DNA of 64,000 nucleotides from a phage: NCBI GenBank assembly GCA_020619395.1, contig GCA_020619395.1_4860.1; one strand, 5' to 3'. Shown piece by piece: positions 56,146 to 64,000 of this stretch (position 1 is its first letter; each line of letters starts with the position of its first letter). The notes under the pieces were generated by a model. It saw only the letters and a program-made list of their open reading frames with translations, ran no database searches and was not told where the DNA came from. The position numbers and the translations under genes were made by a program.

Positions 56146-56577
56146 TCACGACTTCGACTGCTCCCATTCAGGATAGACGAAGTTTCCATTGTGTTCTTTG
56201 TAGTGTTTGTAGAGTTCCTGGACAAGATCAGAAATCTTATCCCCGCAATCATGAAACCAACTATCCCAGCAAAAGTGCGGGAAGTCGTTCCACGAATAAG
56301 ATACCTTGTCATTGAAAGCTTCCCAACTGACATACCACCAATAGCCCTTCTGCAGTTCATAGGCATCCCAGAACTTATACCCACTAGACGTTTCGTATAC
56401 CACGATAATCCATTTGACATCGTTCGTCCCTTCGTCGCAGATACCGAATGCGTGGTCGGTGGTGTCGAACGTGTAGTCCGTCTTATAGGGTTTGTTTTTG
56501 TTGTTTATCCGAATACGTGCACCCTTCGGCATCAGAGCATGGAAAGTATCGCCGTTCAGCTTTTTGATTACGTTCAC
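56146..56577 (-). CDS. hypothetical protein (143 aa)
   Basis: ORF. Confidence 0.55.
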   Translation of the reverse strand: MNVIKKLNGDTFHALMPKGARIRINNKNKPYKTDYTFDTTDHAFGICDEGTNDVKWIIVVYETSSGYKFWDAYELQKGYWWYVSWEAFNDKVSYSWNDFPHFCWDSWFHDCGDKISDLVQELYKHYKEHNGNFVYPEWEQSKS

Positions 56578-56598
56578 GACTTTATCCTCAATCGTCGA

Positions 56599-56817
56599 TT
56601 AACAGACCCACACAAGGCCGTTATTCTTTGGGCGGTCTTTAACACCGTAGGTTACTTCAACATTGTCAATCATTTTATCGCCGTCTTTCATTGTTTTCAT
56701 GAAAGCTTTGGCTTCTGCTGCAGACATTTTCAGCAGCAGGTCAATCATGTCAGGCTTACGTTTGGCGGTGGTTTCAACAACAGGTTTGATTTCAGATTTG
56801 GAGAAGAGGTTGCGCAT
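56599..56817 (-). CDS. hypothetical small protein (72 aa)
   Basis: ORF with RBS aaggaa. Confidence 0.5.
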   Translation of the reverse strand: MRNLFSKSEIKPVVETTAKRKPDMIDLLLKMSAAEAKAFMKTMKDGDKMIDNVEVTYGVKDRPKNNGLVWVC

Positions 56818-56878
56818 GGGATATTCCTTTTTTGTAGATTGCAGGTTGATTGGCGGGACTTTGCCCGCCGAGTTATTA

Positions 56879-57325
56879 TTAGTGTACTTCTTTTTCTAAA
56901 CGCAGGCGATGTGTTGCTAAGGCAACCGCGCGGTTTTCGAATTCAAGACTGAATGGGCTGATTTGTGCCATGTATTTCTTTACGATGTCGTCAGAGACAA
57001 CTTGACGACGATAATCACGAATCATTTCAGCAAAGCTGCTAGTAGGAAGTTCATCGTATTCGATTTCCATACCACGTCTATTGATGTAGTACGAAGCAAC
57101 CATGTCGTTAAACATTACATCGCCGGCTTCACCTAGGGGGAACTCGTCGCGGGTAGGTTCTGTGGTCTGGAACGTGGCTTCTTTGGCGTTAGCGATAATC
57201 TCTTCGAAGACCTCAGTAGTGAATTCGCTAGGGTCTTGTTTGTTGGCCGCCATCACGATTAGGAAAGAAATCATAATCGGGTTTTTGCTAGCGTACTTAG
57301 TAAGTTCGTTATTCAGAATGTACAT
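56879..57325 (-). CDS. hypothetical protein (148 aa)
   Basis: RBS aaggag before ATG. Confidence 0.6.
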   Translation of the reverse strand: MYILNNELTKYASKNPIMISFLIVMAANKQDPSEFTTEVFEEIIANAKEATFQTTEPTRDEFPLGEAGDVMFNDMVASYYINRRGMEIEYDELPTSSFAEMIRDYRRQVVSDDIVKKYMAQISPFSLEFENRAVALATHRLRLEKEVH

Positions 57326-57374
57326 GTTAAAACTCCTTAAGATAATGGTCGAGTAAGAGAGTTAATGGTTAACT

Positions 57375-57397
57375 CTCACCTAAGTAATATATATCTG
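57375..57397. promoter_or_regulatory. conserved intergenic motif, copy B (CTCAC-ctaa-GTAATATATATCTG)
   Basis: 30 nt nearly identical to copy A; ~45 nt upstream of 56879..57325 start. Confidence 0.4.
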
Positions 57398-57421
57398 AAA
57401 ATTATTGTAATCGGACTAGAC

Positions 57422-57458
57422 AAAAAAAGAAGAAACCCTACTCCCGAAGGAGTAGGGT
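57422..57458 (-). terminator. rho-independent terminator
   Basis: stem accctactcc-cgaa-ggagtagggt, near-identical to the stem at 11355-11379; T-run on minus strand. Confidence 0.7.
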
Positions 57459-57498
57459 GCTGCTTTATTGACCGCTTTTGGGATAAGTGCCTCTCAAG

Positions 57499-57939
57499 TC
57501 AATCGGCCACGTAATCACGTAAGAGTTTCCGGGCTGCTACTGTAGCAGAAACTTGCTCTTTATTAGCGTTAATGCCGATACCATTAAAACGTTTTAGTTT
57601 GTCTAAGAAAACGCTAATGTTTTCTTTCGGCATAGGGCGTGGGAACTTACGCAGAAAATAAAGTTGTTCGCGGCCAGGCACCCAACTGAGTACCCAGCAC
57701 GCTTTCAGTGTACGGAAGATATCACGGTAGGGTTTCTTCTCTTGAAAGAAGTCCCCTTTTAACTGACAACGGTCTTCAACCATTGCCTGGAGTTGAGTGG
57801 CTACGTTGGCCATTGCCGGCCAGGTGATAAGACGACTACGGTGTTTACCCACGTAGAGACGTCCACCTGTAATACGACGAGACTGTGGATGTACTATTTT
57901 GACAAACTGTAATCTTTTCTGTTTGCGTGGCTTTAACAT
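57499..57939 (-). CDS. hypothetical protein (146 aa)
   Basis: ORF. Confidence 0.55.
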   Translation of the reverse strand: MLKPRKQKRLQFVKIVHPQSRRITGGRLYVGKHRSRLITWPAMANVATQLQAMVEDRCQLKGDFFQEKKPYRDIFRTLKACWVLSWVPGREQLYFLRKFPRPMPKENISVFLDKLKRFNGIGINANKEQVSATVAARKLLRDYVAD

Positions 57940-57966
57940 TTAAATACTCCTTAAGGGGCTATGACA

Positions 57967-58299
57967 CTACGGCCGTACAGTTAACATTTCTCTCAGATCG
58001 GTCACATCGAGCTTAGCAATCATGGGTGACGTCGTGATGTGTGCGCAACGAGGCTGTACTCGGTACGCCTCAAGTGGAAAAGGTTTGTTAAATGCTTTTA
58101 TCTGGTCGCGGCGGAGCTTCTCCATCGCACGTTTGGCTAATGTCCTTTTTAAAGGTGACCACTTCGCTGCTAAACCGAGAATGATAACATCGACGATTAG
58201 CTGGTTCTCTTGATACTCGAATGTACCAATGAGTTTCTTACCTTTATAGAGTCGCGCACGTCCCTGCTGGAACACGACTGACGTTCGTTTCGTTTTCAT
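57967..58299 (-). CDS. hypothetical protein (110 aa)
   Basis: ORF. Confidence 0.55.
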   Translation of the reverse strand: MKTKRTSVVFQQGRARLYKGKKLIGTFEYQENQLIVDVIILGLAAKWSPLKRTLAKRAMEKLRRDQIKAFNKPFPLEAYRVQPRCAHITTSPMIAKLDVTDLREMLTVRP

Positions 58300-58342
58300 T
58301 GCTTGTGGTTTCCATGGTTAAAGGGAAAACAAACTGTTATTT

Positions 58343-58744
58343 TTACTCATCTTTTACCTCGAAACCGTGACTACGAAAATACTCGATGGCCGCAGAACGT
58401 CTACCTACGCAGGAGAGTTTTTCATAGAGTAACTCAAGGAGTGTCTTTGGTTCCCAACGCTGCTCTATGAAATAGATTAGGGCACCCAGGTTCCATCCCA
58501 ACATCTTATCACGCAGATCCGCATCTCGTCGGGCATCTCGTAGCTCGTCTTCGAGTTTCCGGTTCTTAGACTGTTCCTCAGAAAGTAATCGTGTAAGCTT
58601 ACGGCGTTCTTCGAAAGATTCATCGAGATTTCTCTTCCACGCTTCTTTCGAAATTTCCAACTCAGTCTTTGAGAGGCTGAGTTCCAATTCCAGTATTTCT
58701 AATTGGCGACGCAATTGTTTTTTCTCCTGAAACAGGCCGAACAT
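58343..58744 (-). CDS. hypothetical coiled-coil protein (~133 aa)
   Basis: ATG at 58744 (MFGLFQEKK..) has RBS aaggag; charged heptad-like sequence. Confidence 0.55.
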   Translation of the reverse strand: MFGLFQEKKQLRRQLEILELELSLSKTELEISKEAWKRNLDESFEERRKLTRLLSEEQSKNRKLEDELRDARRDADLRDKMLGWNLGALIYFIEQRWEPKTLLELLYEKLSCVGRRSAAIEYFRSHGFEVKDE

Positions 58745-58809
58745 GTTTTCTCCTTGCAATAGCTCTATCGATTCTGTTACGAACTTCTGCTAACGATAAT
58801 GGTTCCCAC

Positions 58810-59130
58810 TTAAAATCCATTGCGACCTCCCTGTGCGATGTATAACGCACATTTCGCATTGAGTGCTTCGATATTAGCGATAAGTATCATCACCCCGCCG
58901 AGTGTGCGCGGTACGCGAACTGCTTCGTATTCACGCCCTTGCGTGCGGACACAATATTCATCGCCCAGGAACGCGATTTCGTAATACTCAGCACGTAACG
59001 GTACAAATGACTGTAGCAACATATCTGCGGTTTGATAGTCGTCAGTCAGTTTCCCGCCCTCGAGTAAATATTTCTGAATCTCGTGAATGGTCAATCCCTG
59101 TAATGAAATAGACACCGGCTTCTCCTTCAT
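58810..59130 (-). CDS. hypothetical protein (106 aa; start uncertain)
   Basis: overlaps 59042..59467 by 89 nt in another frame; an internal ATG at 59022 is possible. Confidence 0.45.
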   Translation of the reverse strand: MKEKPVSISLQGLTIHEIQKYLLEGGKLTDDYQTADMLLQSFVPLRAEYYEIAFLGDEYCVRTQGREYEAVRVPRTLGGVMILIANIEALNAKCALYIAQGGRNGF

Positions 59131-59467
59131 GGTCGATTAATAACAGTTCAGGTGGCACGTCATAGTCGATGGGTGCGGACTCCTCCATCGCGCTATATAA
59201 TCGCTGATAGAACTCTCTGGAAGTTTCCAGGTGCCCTCTTGACACATGTCTGACATGCGGTATGTTAGGATGATAAAACTCGCCGTAGGTTATCGCTAAC
59301 TCAACAAACCATAGACACAGTTCTCTTGGCCCGTACCGGTTATAAAACTTTATCACCCCAACATCAAACATCTTGTTGTAATGCGGTAAATCACGATAAC
59401 GAAGTTTTAGTGTACCTACGCCGATGCGTTGAAGCTCGATAGAGATAGCTACGTCTATGGTTACCAT
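59042..59467 (-). CDS. hypothetical protein (141 aa)
   Basis: ORF. Confidence 0.55.
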   Translation of the reverse strand: MVTIDVAISIELQRIGVGTLKLRYRDLPHYNKMFDVGVIKFYNRYGPRELCLWFVELAITYGEFYHPNIPHVRHVSRGHLETSREFYQRLYSAMEESAPIDYDVPPELLLIDHEGEAGVYFITGIDHSRDSEIFTRGRETD

Positions 59468-59490
59468 TCACAATTACCCTTATCTACCGA

Positions 59491-59874
59491 TCAGTTAAAT
59501 CCGGTATATTCGTTGATGCTACCGTCCTTGATATACACGCCTGGCGTCAGTGCAACTTTACGTGGATCGTTATCAGCACGCTCGCCGTTACACTGAACGT
59601 TCCACTCGTTGACTAAGCGCTCCATTTCGCGCGATGCATATAGGCGCACGTCTGTAACCAGCTCGCTGGCCTCACCCAGATGCGTTGCGTGAAGCACGCT
59701 ATTCTCCAGGCCGTAGAGTTTAGCGAGCAGGATTTTGTTAAGTTCTAACGCTGCTTTTGCAACGAGCGCGTACCCTTGACGTTGTCCATCTATGTCTGCG
59801 TTCAGTAACGTCAGCTGATGATTTTTCATGTGCTCGATAGCCAGTGCTAAATCGGTGTTCGGTGGTGTTTCCAT
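59491..59874 (-). CDS. hypothetical protein (127 aa)
   Basis: ORF. Confidence 0.55.
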   Translation of the reverse strand: METPPNTDLALAIEHMKNHQLTLLNADIDGQRQGYALVAKAALELNKILLAKLYGLENSVLHATHLGEASELVTDVRLYASREMERLVNEWNVQCNGERADNDPRKVALTPGVYIKDGSINEYTGFN

Positions 59875-60194
59875 TAGTCTTTATCCTCACGTTTACTAAA
59901 TTCTTCTAACATCTCGTCGTACGCACTCCTGGTATCTTTTAATCCCTGAACGGCCGCGTCATAGGCACGCCGCGCAGGGGACGTAAGATGGTAGTGCCCA
60001 ATACGTTCGATAATGTCGTGACAGCGACTTATGTGCGTGCAGAGCCTACTCGCATTAACGCCCAGTTCCGCGAGGTCGTGTCTTAACTGCAAGTTATCGG
60101 CCTGTACACGACGGTTAGCGGCAGCTAATTCTCGGTTTTCTTCGTACAGTTGTTTTTGTCGCTTGTTAATCAGCGCCAGTAACCAGTTCAACAT
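59874..60194 (-). CDS. hypothetical protein (106 aa)
   Basis: ORF; stop/start overlap with neighbour. Confidence 0.55.
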   Translation of the reverse strand: MLNWLLALINKRQKQLYEENRELAAANRRVQADNLQLRHDLAELGVNASRLCTHISRCHDIIERIGHYHLTSPARRAYDAAVQGLKDTRSAYDEMLEEFSKREDKD

Positions 60195-60204
60195 CCTGTC
60201 CCCC

Positions 60205-60723
60205 TTAACGCTTCAGATAGATAACGTTATGGTTTTCGTACTTCGCGTCTACCCAGGAAAATTCCCAGTAATGTCTCGGACGATCGGCGATTTTCATGTC
60301 CAGTTCCAGTATACCGTCCATAGGTACCTGTCTGAGCACCTCTACGATGCTCTGCAGCTCGTTACGAGGCCGGTCGTGGATTAGCTCCAGATAACGCTCC
60401 AAACGCGCAGGCGTCGCTACAGTGCGAATATGAGTACGTTTATCATCGTCGTGCAGGTAAAGGAAGTTTGGTGTGCGTGGAACGTACCAGTGCCAGGTAC
60501 CGATATACGGACCAGGCTGATAATCAGACAGTTGTTTGATTGCATTTAATACCGACGAACAACGGAAATACCAGATGTCCCATTCATCACGAGGGAACAG
60601 TTCCGCGACTTTCACTTTCAATGGGTCGATACTAATATCCCCCGCAGCCAATACTTCCGGGGCAACGCCAGATTCTAAAACGTTACGTTCCCGTTTGGTA
60701 TACAGGTTCATGATAATATTCAC
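60205..60723 (-). CDS. hypothetical protein (172 aa)
   Basis: ORF. Confidence 0.55.
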   Translation of the reverse strand: MNIIMNLYTKRERNVLESGVAPEVLAAGDISIDPLKVKVAELFPRDEWDIWYFRCSSVLNAIKQLSDYQPGPYIGTWHWYVPRTPNFLYLHDDDKRTHIRTVATPARLERYLELIHDRPRNELQSIVEVLRQVPMDGILELDMKIADRPRHYWEFSWVDAKYENHNVIYLKR

Positions 60724-60750
60724 TTAATGCTCCTTAGGATTTAAAATAGC

Positions 60751-61104
60751 TTACTGTTTAGCCCAGTATTCGGCTAACGTTTGGTCACCTTTACCGATGC
60801 GAGCATGAATGCCCATTTTACGCAGCCGGTACAGTTCAAGGGACATGGTGTTTAGTTTGATAAGATTTACGTCTGTTGGACTCTTAAGGCAATCGTCTAA
60901 TACATTAACGAATTTATCCAGCGCCTCTTGCGGAACTTTACCTTCTGGGTAGTCGTACAGTGTTATCACTTTAAAGGTGTAACCGTCGATATTCGACAAC
61001 TGTTTTACAGCTTCACCGATATCACGATTTATCATTGGTGTCCTATTGAGACGCATTGGTCTGGCAACACCGATTACTCTACTCATTGACCACCCCCAAA
61101 CCAC
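60751..61104 (-). CDS. hypothetical protein (117 aa; start uncertain)
   Basis: overlaps upstream gene by 26 nt. Confidence 0.45.
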   Translation of the reverse strand: MVWGWSMSRVIGVARPMRLNRTPMINRDIGEAVKQLSNIDGYTFKVITLYDYPEGKVPQEALDKFVNVLDDCLKSPTDVNLIKLNTMSLELYRLRKMGIHARIGKGDQTLAEYWAKQ

Positions 61105-61411
61105 TTACAGTGGATGCTGCGGGGACATCCAGGTTATTCATCCATAGCGACAGCTTGTTCATCTTCGCTGCGGTCTCTGGGCTAGGGTTATTGCGCAATT
61201 CACTTAAAGCCATCGCATACTGGGTTGCCAGTATTTGACTGCCGTAGAAAGCACCACGGCTTACAGGCAGCGCTTCGAAGCGTGCATCGAAATTGTTTGC
61301 TTGGTTAAGTTCTTTAACAGTGCTCAGAATGGCTTCTTGCATTCGAAGTTCACCGTCGCCTTCAAGGTCAGTTGCCTGACGCAATACCGCAATGTGATAG
61401 ACTTTAGACAT
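61079..61411 (-). CDS. hypothetical protein (110 aa)
   Basis: ORF. Confidence 0.55.
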   Translation of the reverse strand: MSKVYHIAVLRQATDLEGDGELRMQEAILSTVKELNQANNFDARFEALPVSRGAFYGSQILATQYAMALSELRNNPSPETAAKMNKLSLWMNNLDVPAASTVSGLGVVNE

Positions 61412-61467
61412 TTTAATTGCTCCTTAATACATGACATAAGTTCTGATTGAAACGTAAATTTCAGAGG

Positions 61468-61490
61468 TTCACTGAGATAACATCTATCTG
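61468..61490. promoter_or_regulatory. conserved intergenic motif, copy D (TTCAC-tgag-ATAACATCTATCTG)
   Basis: between terminator hairpin and 61079..61411 start. Confidence 0.4.
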
Positions 61491-61533
61491 AAATAAAATA
61501 AAGCGTACCAGCCACCCCGAAGGATAGCTGGTA
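61491..61533 (-). terminator. rho-independent terminator
   Basis: stem taccagc / gctggta enclosing ccc-cgaa-gg, T-rich tract on minus strand. Confidence 0.55.
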
Positions 61534-61538
61534 TACAC

Positions 61539-62351
61539 TTAGTTAGTTTCGAGTGGATCGTCTGGAATAGTAAACGTTATATCAAGTGAAGCTGTTGTGT
61601 GGTTGGGGATTGCCAAGTCGTGATAGATATCATGCCCTGCACCATGTTCTTTATAGAGGAGATACAACCCGATTGCACGCATCGCTTCCCCGGTATAAAA
61701 CCCAAAGGCTTGACCGTTATCCGTAGTAGGGTTTGCCCACGGAGACCAGGCACCGTTAATGGCTTTTCCTGGAATGTCTGTGACGGTGAAGTTGTCACCC
61801 ATCTCTTTCATCCCCATATCCATAATTCGGTCTAACCCATCCACCGTACAACCGGCCATTGCTGCGTAAGCACTGCCTGCTATCCAGAGCGCACACATAT
61901 GTGCTGTGAAATCATTCTCTACCCATACCGGTTTATTTGGTGCCGTAGGGAATTCATTCGGGGTGTGGTTGTCAAAGCGGTCTAAGAACCCTACGAGCCA
62001 CTTAGCCCAATTTTCAACGTACACTACTAGCTCAGGTGGAACCTCTTTACCACGCACCACCAACTCGTACCAACAACGCGCAGCGGCGTTATACGCGCGC
62101 GGCTGATAACCTGCCCACGGATGTCCATCGCCCCAATGGAACGTTGTCCACGTATCTGCCGGACCGTAAGGGTAGTTATCCCAACGGTTCCAAATATACG
62201 CCGCACAACCTGGACCTAACTCACCTATCTGCGTTTGGTAGTTGGTTTGTGAATCGTGCATAAACCGAATCTGATTTAAGAGCCAGTCTTTGTAGCGATC
62301 ATCGGTGTGTATGGTGTACATAAACGGATACTGATAGCCGGGATACGGCAT
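61539..62351 (-). CDS. hypothetical protein (270 aa)
   Basis: ORF, Trp/Tyr-rich. Confidence 0.6.
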   Translation of the reverse strand: MPYPGYQYPFMYTIHTDDRYKDWLLNQIRFMHDSQTNYQTQIGELGPGCAAYIWNRWDNYPYGPADTWTTFHWGDGHPWAGYQPRAYNAAARCWYELVVRGKEVPPELVVYVENWAKWLVGFLDRFDNHTPNEFPTAPNKPVWVENDFTAHMCALWIAGSAYAAMAGCTVDGLDRIMDMGMKEMGDNFTVTDIPGKAINGAWSPWANPTTDNGQAFGFYTGEAMRAIGLYLLYKEHGAGHDIYHDLAIPNHTTASLDITFTIPDDPLETN

Positions 62352-62365
62352 CCCGTGCCATGCAC

Positions 62366-62644
62366 CTAGCTGATACGTTCCTTCCGAATAAATGTTCGAG
62401 AACGGTATCGTACCTGGACAATACGCGAGCGAGTCAAGACGGTAATCTTCTTACCGTTAGGTTTACGTGCTTTCGCAATGTACGCTTGCGAGGTACGGGC
62501 ACTTTCAACACCTAAGTCGATTGGCCCTACTCCGCTTATCACAATCTCGTCAGGCGATAATGACAAGCCGTTATCGTGATTAATCAACGCCACGACAAGC
62601 GCTTTCGACGAGAGTGTTAGGTCGGGCTGATAGCGGTCTGCCAT
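62366..62644 (-). CDS. hypothetical protein (~92 aa)
   Basis: ORF extends to 62680 through the terminator; ATG at 62644 (MADRYQ..) has RBS ggagg. Confidence 0.5.
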   Translation of the reverse strand: MADRYQPDLTLSSKALVVALINHDNGLSLSPDEIVISGVGPIDLGVESARTSQAYIAKARKPNGKKITVLTRSRIVQVRYRSRTFIRKERIS

Positions 62645-62658
62645 TAACGCCTCCAGAA

Positions 62659-62700
62659 ACAAAAAAAAATAAGCTACCACACATATGATCGTGTGGTAGC
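62659..62700 (-). terminator. rho-independent terminator
   Basis: 10 bp stem gctaccacac / gtgtggtagc, then T9 on minus strand. Confidence 0.75.
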
Positions 62701-62714
62701 CTACTCGTACGGTG

Positions 62715-63110
62715 TTAGTGCAGTGTAGCGCTGTGCACTACAGTTAACCCGCGACGTCCGATTTCATCCGCGATGGATTGCAACAGCTTATCGTAACCCA
62801 CCTTTACAAATTCAGGTAAGCCGCGGTCAACCATCTCCATCTCGGTGATTTCTTCACGGAAAACTTGACAACAGCCTTCTAAATAACGTTTAGCTTCTGT
62901 CACGTCATCGACATACCGCGCATAACTCAGGGCGATCGCGTAACCTTCTGCAATAAACGCATACTTCATGAAGACTTCAGGGTCGAGTTCTTCAACTGCC
63001 ACGTCTAGACGTGAAGCGGTCTGACGTACAGAGTTACGTAATGATTCAGAAAACAGTGTAGTCGTAACCATATCCTGATTAGGAACGGTTTTAGGCATAA
63101 TCAATTTCAC
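62715..63110 (-). CDS. hypothetical protein (131 aa)
   Basis: ORF. Confidence 0.55.
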   Translation of the reverse strand: MKLIMPKTVPNQDMVTTTLFSESLRNSVRQTASRLDVAVEELDPEVFMKYAFIAEGYAIALSYARYVDDVTEAKRYLEGCCQVFREEITEMEMVDRGLPEFVKVGYDKLLQSIADEIGRRGLTVVHSATLH

Positions 63111-63121
63111 GAGGACTCTCC

Positions 63122-63505
63122 TTACGATAACTCGCCCATGTAAATTACTTCATAACCGAACCACTCACCGATTTCAATAAGGTAAGAAACTAGCAAGTGG
63201 CGATGACAGAATTTCCCCGGTGGGCAATAGCACATTAGTACGACCTCGCCCTGGCGGAGAATCTCTATCAACTTATCAGTGTCTTCATCAAACAACCGAC
63301 TAAGTTTCTGCAGGTAGCGTTTGGTATACGCAGCTTCTGCGTCGGGGCCTTTGTCAGACTTCTTGTAGTCCATCAGAAAGTCCCAGTCAGGTGCCAAATA
63401 TTTCAGCCCCGACTTAACCGTTATATCCAGCTTTGGCAAATTCCGTTTTTCAGCTATCCGCCACTTCGCCAGTTGGAGCGTCCACAGCTTTACTTGCTTT
63501 GGCAT
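63122..63505 (-). CDS. hypothetical protein (~128 aa) with CYCPPGKFCHRH Cys/His motif
   Basis: ORF extends to 63556; more likely start MPKQVKLW at 63505. Confidence 0.5.
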   Translation of the reverse strand: MPKQVKLWTLQLAKWRIAEKRNLPKLDITVKSGLKYLAPDWDFLMDYKKSDKGPDAEAAYTKRYLQKLSRLFDEDTDKLIEILRQGEVVLMCYCPPGKFCHRHLLVSYLIEIGEWFGYEVIYMGELS

Positions 63506-63989
63506 TTTTCGCTCTCTCTTTTTCTTTCTCCTGAAGCGCTTTAAAATGCGGTGCATATTCGCACCACTCTTCTGCTGTAAATGACGTGATAAACAGTCTT
63601 TCGGTATCTTCAGTTACCGTAAAGGTTGTGTGATTTCTTTTCGGGTCCTTAAAGTTAGCAAAAGTCGGTACGTCCAAACCCATAGCAGAAATAGCACCAC
63701 CAAGAGCAGAGCACCATACCCGTCTGTAAGCATCGTTGATTTTAATCTCCCATCCCACAGACGGTGTAATACCAAGACTACGATAATTCTGCGACTTTGC
63801 CGACGGATGGGCATAAACGATGAGCATGTTATTCTCACGGTCTATCGCGAATTCGTAGTTGTTGTAGTTACTGACCTGCACCAATCTACGAATGTCTTCC
63901 GGCAACTCCTGCCACATTTCCAGTTTCTCTTTATCCCACGCAGGTGTTAGAAGCGGTGGAACGCGGCCGGCATGATCTTGGAAATACAT
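63450..63989 (-). CDS. hypothetical protein (179 aa)
   Basis: ORF; Lys/Glu-rich C-terminus overlaps next gene. Confidence 0.55.
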   Translation of the reverse strand: MYFQDHAGRVPPLLTPAWDKEKLEMWQELPEDIRRLVQVSNYNNYEFAIDRENNMLIVYAHPSAKSQNYRSLGITPSVGWEIKINDAYRRVWCSALGGAISAMGLDVPTFANFKDPKRNHTTFTVTEDTERLFITSFTAEEWCEYAPHFKALQEKEKERAKNAKASKAVDAPTGEVADS

Positions 63990-64000
63990 CAGTTCGCTAT

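Noticed and set aside
56853-56870. Hairpin ggcgggac-tttg-cccgcc downstream of 56879..57325
   Set aside because: No U-tract on either strand, so not called a terminator; may be an mRNA structural element.
56191-56952. Plus-strand ORF of 253 aa
   Set aside because: Spans two minus-strand genes and a terminator, antisense to RBS-supported genes.
11352-62700. Dispersed similar hairpins considered as a possible CRISPR array or MITE family
   Set aside because: Copies are tens of kb apart, each sits at a gene end with a U-tract, and there is no regular repeat-spacer structure; they are terminators.
1-64000. tRNA genes, integrase or attachment sites, transposase
   Set aside because: No GTTCGAATCC-type T-arm or cloverleaf candidate seen in the intergenic regions, and no tyrosine or serine recombinase motifs in any ORF; by-eye scan only, so a tRNA could have been missed.

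Overview
This 64 kb window reads as a densely packed, intron-free segment of a large virulent tailed phage; an Enterobacterales host is inferred only from one host-like small gene (DUF1471/BhsA-type) and sigma70-style RBS and terminators. All calls come from reading the six-frame translations and the DNA by eye; no searches were run, so family names are motif-based. Layout: (i) 1-9790, minus strand: the start-proximal 827 codons of an SbcC/Rad50-like ATPase (rest of the gene lies beyond the left window edge), four exported/lipoprotein genes, hypothetical genes. (ii) 9976-11326, plus: a hypothetical gene and the DUF1471-like gene. (iii) 12717-27102, plus: four tail-fibre genes (1237, 1376, 1727, 400 aa) sharing an N-terminal domain. 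(iv) 27168-31358, plus: the most interesting locus, three Cys-rich peptide genes with conserved leaders followed by two radical SAM enzymes (one with a SPASM-type Cys cluster), i.e. a RiPP-like cassette directly downstream of the fibres. (v) 33884-35956, minus: lysis-type genes (M15 peptidase, DUF1353-like, GH108 muramidase, small membrane ORFs). (vi) 36035-55989, minus: about 20 kb of paralogous genes, namely a 3-gene module present three times with a 30-codon remnant of a fourth copy, then seven tandem ~280 aa paralogues, all built from shuffled domains. (vii) 56146-63989, minus: small early-type genes. Numerous rho-independent terminators and a conserved 23 bp intergenic motif (5 copies) are present. 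No rRNA, tRNA, CRISPR array, integrase or transposase was recognised.
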